This document shows, piece by piece, positions 60,157 through 64,000 of a DNA stretch of 64,000 nucleotides (its first letter is position 1; each line of letters begins with the position of its first letter). Under the pieces are notes generated by a model, which saw only the letters and a list, made by a program, of their open reading frames with translations, had not been told where the DNA came from and did not search any database. The translations under genes were made by a program, and so were the position numbers. The DNA is from an uncultured Trueperaceae bacterium (GTDB taxonomy: Bacteria; Deinococcota; Deinococci; Deinococcales; Trueperaceae). The stretch is taken from the NCBI GenBank assembly GCA_963799485.1, contig CAWCXJ010000006.1, positions 608,001 to 672,000 on the forward strand, in the 5' to 3' direction.

Positions 60157-60483
60157 CCAAGCTCTGATCCAAGCGGGTGTGTTTTCGAACCCGGCTTGGT
60201 CTTCGCCGATTAAGTTCCGGGTCAGTACCCGGTAGTACAGTTCTCGTCATAGACTCTCCCGGCCCAAGCCCCAAATCCCGTTGCAACCCGGCTTGGGTTT
60301 GGGCAGTGGACTGCCGCTGAAAACGGGCGCTATCCAAATAGTGCGCCCGACGGGTCACGACCCCTTATTTCAGGGGCACACGCGGCGATAATTTGTATTT
60401 AATGAGCTTTGGGTTTATATTGTGTGATACCCGCGTTTAGGTTGGTACCTTCAGGACTATATGGGAGCCTATGGGGGGAACCT

Positions 60484-61386
60484 ATGGTCAGCACCGATTT
60501 CACCCGTGAAACGCTGCTTCAAGCCGCGCTAGACACACTTGCCGAACACATTGCAGTCATCGACACCGAAGGCACTATCCTTATGGTCAACAAGGCGTGG
60601 CGACGTTTTGGTTGCGACGCTGGCAGTGACGAGGCAAAAGTCGGCGTGTCGGCAAACTATTTCGAGGCGTGCCGGAACGCTACCGGGCAGGCGCGCGGTC
60701 AAGCTTACGCTCTTTTAAGAGGTCTCGAGGCGGTGGCCAGCGGTACGCTGCGTGAGTTCTCGCTCGAGTACGCCTGTGAGCTGCCCACTGAGACGTTGTG
60801 GTTTGCCGTAACAGTTAAACCCCTGGGCACACCCGGCGTCGGCATCATCGTCGCTCACACCGACGTCTCGCAGCAAAAAAAGTACAGGGCGATGGCCTAT
60901 ACCGACCCACTCACAGGTCTTGCCAACCGCCGCGCCTTTGTCGACTTCACTACCCAAGCCCTGACCCGCGCAGAACGCGAAGGCCGGGAGGTCGCGCTTG
61001 TCATCGCCGACCTCGACGGCTTTAAGAAGGTCAACGATGCGTATGGTCACGACGTAGGCGACGAACTGCTTACCGCGTTTGCCGGACGCCTCCGCGCCGC
61101 CTTTAGGGAGAGCGACTTCGTTGCGCGACTTGGTGGCGATGAGTTTGCCGTAGTCTTGCCGGTGCTAAACGAAGCTGCGCTAGGTTCTGCGCTCGAGCGT
61201 TGTCTGGCGCGTCTCAACCAGCCTTATACCCTCTTACAGCAAACGCTTGCGGTAAGAGCCAGCCTTGGGGTGGCCCTCTTTCCTCTTCACGGCTTTGGTC
61301 GAGATTCGCTTATGCGTAGCGCGGACAGGGCGCTCTACGCTTCCAAACGGTGCGGTGGCGGGGTCTCGTTTTACGCCCACTCCTAG
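60484..61386 (+). CDS. PAS-GGDEF diguanylate cyclase
   Basis: PAS-like N-terminus; DPLTGLANRR, DLDGFKKVND, RESD I-site, RLGGDEF. Confidence 0.9.
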   Translation: MVSTDFTRETLLQAALDTLAEHIAVIDTEGTILMVNKAWRRFGCDAGSDEAKVGVSANYFEACRNATGQARGQAYALLRGLEAVASGTLREFSLEYACELPTETLWFAVTVKPLGTPGVGIIVAHTDVSQQKKYRAMAYTDPLTGLANRRAFVDFTTQALTRAEREGREVALVIADLDGFKKVNDAYGHDVGDELLTAFAGRLRAAFRESDFVARLGGDEFAVVLPVLNEAALGSALERCLARLNQPYTLLQQTLAVRASLGVALFPLHGFGRDSLMRSADRALYASKRCGGGVSFYAHS

Positions 61387-61435
61387 CACCCACTTTTCTT
61401 CACCCGGCAGACCGGGCGGATGGCTCCGTCAGCCG

Positions 61436-62350
61436 CTAAAGGCGCACAGCCGTCAGAAACAGGTAATACTTCCCGGTGATAAAAACCCGAAAGCGGTGCT
61501 GCTGCAAATACTTCCGGTAAAACGCCAAATCCTTAACGACGAGCGACAAATCAGGCTGGCTAAAGTTTTTCATTTTGGCGCCGTAGATGATTTCACCGTC
61601 CCGGTAGCGGCAGTTCGGCAAGGTCAAAATCAGACTTCCGCGCTCCGTAAGGTACTGCACGACTTCGCGGATGAGGGTATGCCCGTTTACGCCGGGGCTT
61701 TGAAACGTTGCAATGCTGATGATGAGGTCGAAGCGTCTTAGCTCGAGCCCTCGCAACTCATTCAAATCGGCCTGGATAAAGCGGTAGGTGTCCCCCGTAA
61801 AACGCTGGCGGGCAGCGTCTAGCGCACTTGCCGAATAATCGATGCCCGTAAAGCTCAGGTCGTAGCCGTCAAAAAGCGTCTCAAACGGGATGAGTTCGTC
61901 CCCCCGGCCCACCCCCAGACTCAGCACGCGGCTTTCCGAAGGTAGCGAAACACGTTTCAGGGCTTCGGTGTAGTCGAGTAAAAAGGTGGGCTCCTCGAGC
62001 TTTTGCACCCGGCTAAACTCCGACGCTTCGCCGTAGGTCTCACGACCGGCTTTGTCTTGATGCCAGGATGCACCTGCCGGTTTCGACACCGTAAACCTGA
62101 CGAGTACGCCCTCAGGTTCAGGCGTGTGCAGGCGGCACCCGAGGCGCTCGGCCAGCTCGAGCCACACCCTCAGCGGTCGGTGACGGTAACGCTTACCCTG
62201 ATGCGCGAACAGTTCACCCGTAAAAAGTCCTGTAGCCAGATCGGGATTGAGGGCGTAAAACGTGAGGGGTTCATCTGTAGCGAGGGGCTCGAGCCTCATT
62301 CTCAGCATTTCGGTAACCCCTGCTAGCGGCTCGTCGGTAAACGTCAACAT
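61436..62350 (-). CDS. Class I SAM-dependent methyltransferase
   Basis: VLSLGVGRGDE, GIDYS, FDLIISI. Confidence 0.75.
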   Translation of the reverse strand: MLTFTDEPLAGVTEMLRMRLEPLATDEPLTFYALNPDLATGLFTGELFAHQGKRYRHRPLRVWLELAERLGCRLHTPEPEGVLVRFTVSKPAGASWHQDKAGRETYGEASEFSRVQKLEEPTFLLDYTEALKRVSLPSESRVLSLGVGRGDELIPFETLFDGYDLSFTGIDYSASALDAARQRFTGDTYRFIQADLNELRGLELRRFDLIISIATFQSPGVNGHTLIREVVQYLTERGSLILTLPNCRYRDGEIIYGAKMKNFSQPDLSLVVKDLAFYRKYLQQHRFRVFITGKYYLFLTAVRL

Positions 62351-62436
62351 CGCCGTTCGTTCATACCATTTCTCGCCGCTTTACGGTGATGTGCGCCTGA
62401 GACGTGCCGGGCGGGTGTGCTACCATAAACGTCTCG

Positions 62437-63942
62437 ATGCGCGTTCTTTTCGCTTTTCTTCTCCTCTCATTGGCCGCGCAGTTTCCCGTTCAGGCAAAAA
62501 CCGACCAGCTCCGGGGACTCTGGGTAGACGCCTACGGCCCCGGTTTCAAGTCCTCTGAAGAAATCGATGCCCTCATCACTGCGGCGCAGGCGCTGAACCT
62601 CAACGCACTTTTTGTGCAGGTCGTGCGGCGCGGCGACTGTTACTGCTTGCGCTCGACGCTCCCGGTCAGCGACGATCCTGCGCTGACGCCCGCTTTCGAC
62701 CCGCTGGAAACGCTTGTTACACGCGCGCACGCCGCCGGGTTGCAGGTTCATGCGTGGGTCGTAACGCTGGCGCTCTGGGGAGCCGACCAACCGCCGACGA
62801 GCCCCGAACACGTCTACAACCTGCACGGCCCGAACGCTCCTGCGGGGGAACGGTGGCTCAACGTGCGTTACGACGGTGCGGTGCGCCCCGAGCAGGATGT
62901 CTATCTAGACCCCGGTGTTCCGGCGGTCGCGGATTACCTGACAGCGGCAGTTGTCAGCCTCGCGCAGAATTACGATTTGGACGGCGTAACCTTCGACCGG
63001 TTGCGCTACCCGGACTTTAATCTAGACGGCGCGCCGAGCTGGGGCTACAACCCGGTGAGTCTGGCGCGTTACGCGCAAGAAACCGGCGCGGTAGGCCTGC
63101 CGCACCCGAGCGACCCGCGCTGGACGGCGTGGCGGCGGCGGCAGCTGAGCTTGCTCGAGCGCCGCCTCTACCTGGAGCTTAAACGCACGAATCCCAGGCT
63201 CTGGGTCGGGGCGGCAACGATTGTTTACGGCGCGCCGCCTACGGATTCGGGTACGGGCTTTGCAGACAGCGTCGCCTACCGCCTCGTCTTGCAAGACTGG
63301 GCCGGCTGGCTGGCTGACGGCTTTTTGGACCTCAATCTGCCGATGAACTACAAACGGCTGAGCGACCCCCAAGAAGCGCTCTGGTTCGACGCCTGGAACC
63401 GCTACGCCCCGGCGCTCACAGCGCGTGGGCTTACGGCTATCGGGTTGGGGTTGTATCAAAACGACCCCGAAGACGTGCAGGCTCAGGTGCAGGAGGTTGC
63501 GCGGACGCCGGGGCTTGCGGGTTGGGTCGGGTATTCGTACCGCACCCCGAGTTCAGCAACCGACGCGGGTTTAGAAACTGCAGAGACGGCCCGCGCTGCG
63601 TTGGGGCCCCTGCTAAGTACCTCACTCAACACTTCACTTGGTCGTCCGCCACCTGTTACGGCACTTTTGGGCCGAGTCGAGGCGGATGAAGTGGAAACCG
63701 TCGAACTGCTCTACGCCGGGCAGGTTGTCGCTACCGCGCAAACAGACGCCGCCGGGGTTTACGGGTTTGTCCTTCCGGACAACACGGCTGAGGGGTATCT
63801 GCTGCGGCTGACCGGTGGCGTCGCCGTGCCTGCACCGCTCCAGACGGGTAGCGTCGCTCGAGCCCCAACCCTGACGCGCAGCCCGACCTGGTATCTGGCT
63901 GAATCGGCGGCAGACCCGACCGGAACGTCGTCGGCGTATTGA
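62437..63942 (+). CDS. Exported GHL10/DUF187-like glycoside hydrolase
   Basis: Signal peptide; LRGLWV, LFVQV, FDPL...AHAAGLQVHAW, YLDPG, YDLDG..FDRLRYP, QDW..W. Confidence 0.82.
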   Translation: MRVLFAFLLLSLAAQFPVQAKTDQLRGLWVDAYGPGFKSSEEIDALITAAQALNLNALFVQVVRRGDCYCLRSTLPVSDDPALTPAFDPLETLVTRAHAAGLQVHAWVVTLALWGADQPPTSPEHVYNLHGPNAPAGERWLNVRYDGAVRPEQDVYLDPGVPAVADYLTAAVVSLAQNYDLDGVTFDRLRYPDFNLDGAPSWGYNPVSLARYAQETGAVGLPHPSDPRWTAWRRRQLSLLERRLYLELKRTNPRLWVGAATIVYGAPPTDSGTGFADSVAYRLVLQDWAGWLADGFLDLNLPMNYKRLSDPQEALWFDAWNRYAPALTARGLTAIGLGLYQNDPEDVQAQVQEVARTPGLAGWVGYSYRTPSSATDAGLETAETARAALGPLLSTSLNTSLGRPPPVTALLGRVEADEVETVELLYAGQVVATAQTDAAGVYGFVLPDNTAEGYLLRLTGGVAVPAPLQTGSVARAPTLTRSPTWYLAESAADPTGTSSAY

Positions 63943-63951
63943 CCTTACCGG

Positions 63952-63990
63952 GCTGTACTAGACTGCTGTACTAGACTGCTGTACTAGACT
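63952..63990 (+). repeat. 13-bp tandem repeat, three perfect copies
   Basis: GCTGTACTAGACT x3, followed 5 nt later by an ATG at 63996. Confidence 0.9.
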
Positions 63991-64000
63991 GGGGCATGAC

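Overview
GC-rich bacterial chromosomal segment, most likely Deinococcota (Truepera/Deinococcus-like), inferred from an RqkA-like kinase, a small ribbon-helix-helix gene beside murA, and many starts lying 5-7 nt after a TANNNT -10 box. Core content: a BaeSR-like two-component pair, TPR protein, cdd, ppa, pdxT, class A PBP, Ca/Na antiporter, ugp-like ABC transporter, ilvBNC-leuA-cimA operon with a leader-peptide attenuator, gltB, murA, guaB, rbfA, and an amino-sugar/peptidoglycan recycling cluster (murQ, nagZ, anmK, SIS protein, GntR regulator, ABC transporter). The accessory parts are heavily eroded, with IS630, IS5 and IS701/IS4-like remnants and several truncated genes. Strongest leads: (1) an AT-rich two-gene cassette (membrane protein plus lysozyme/SLT-like protein) wedged between leuA and cimA; (2) an isolated 28-bp direct repeat around a 39-bp AT-rich spacer at the antiporter 3' end, resembling an ectopic CRISPR spacer integration; (3) a cmr1 (type III-B CRISPR) stub cut off by IS elements and formerly divergent from the RqkA-like kinase; (4) apparent over-representation of CTCGAG; (5) an attC-like site at a deletion junction. 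I recognised no rRNA, tRNA or true CRISPR array. All family assignments come from motif recognition by eye, not database searches.
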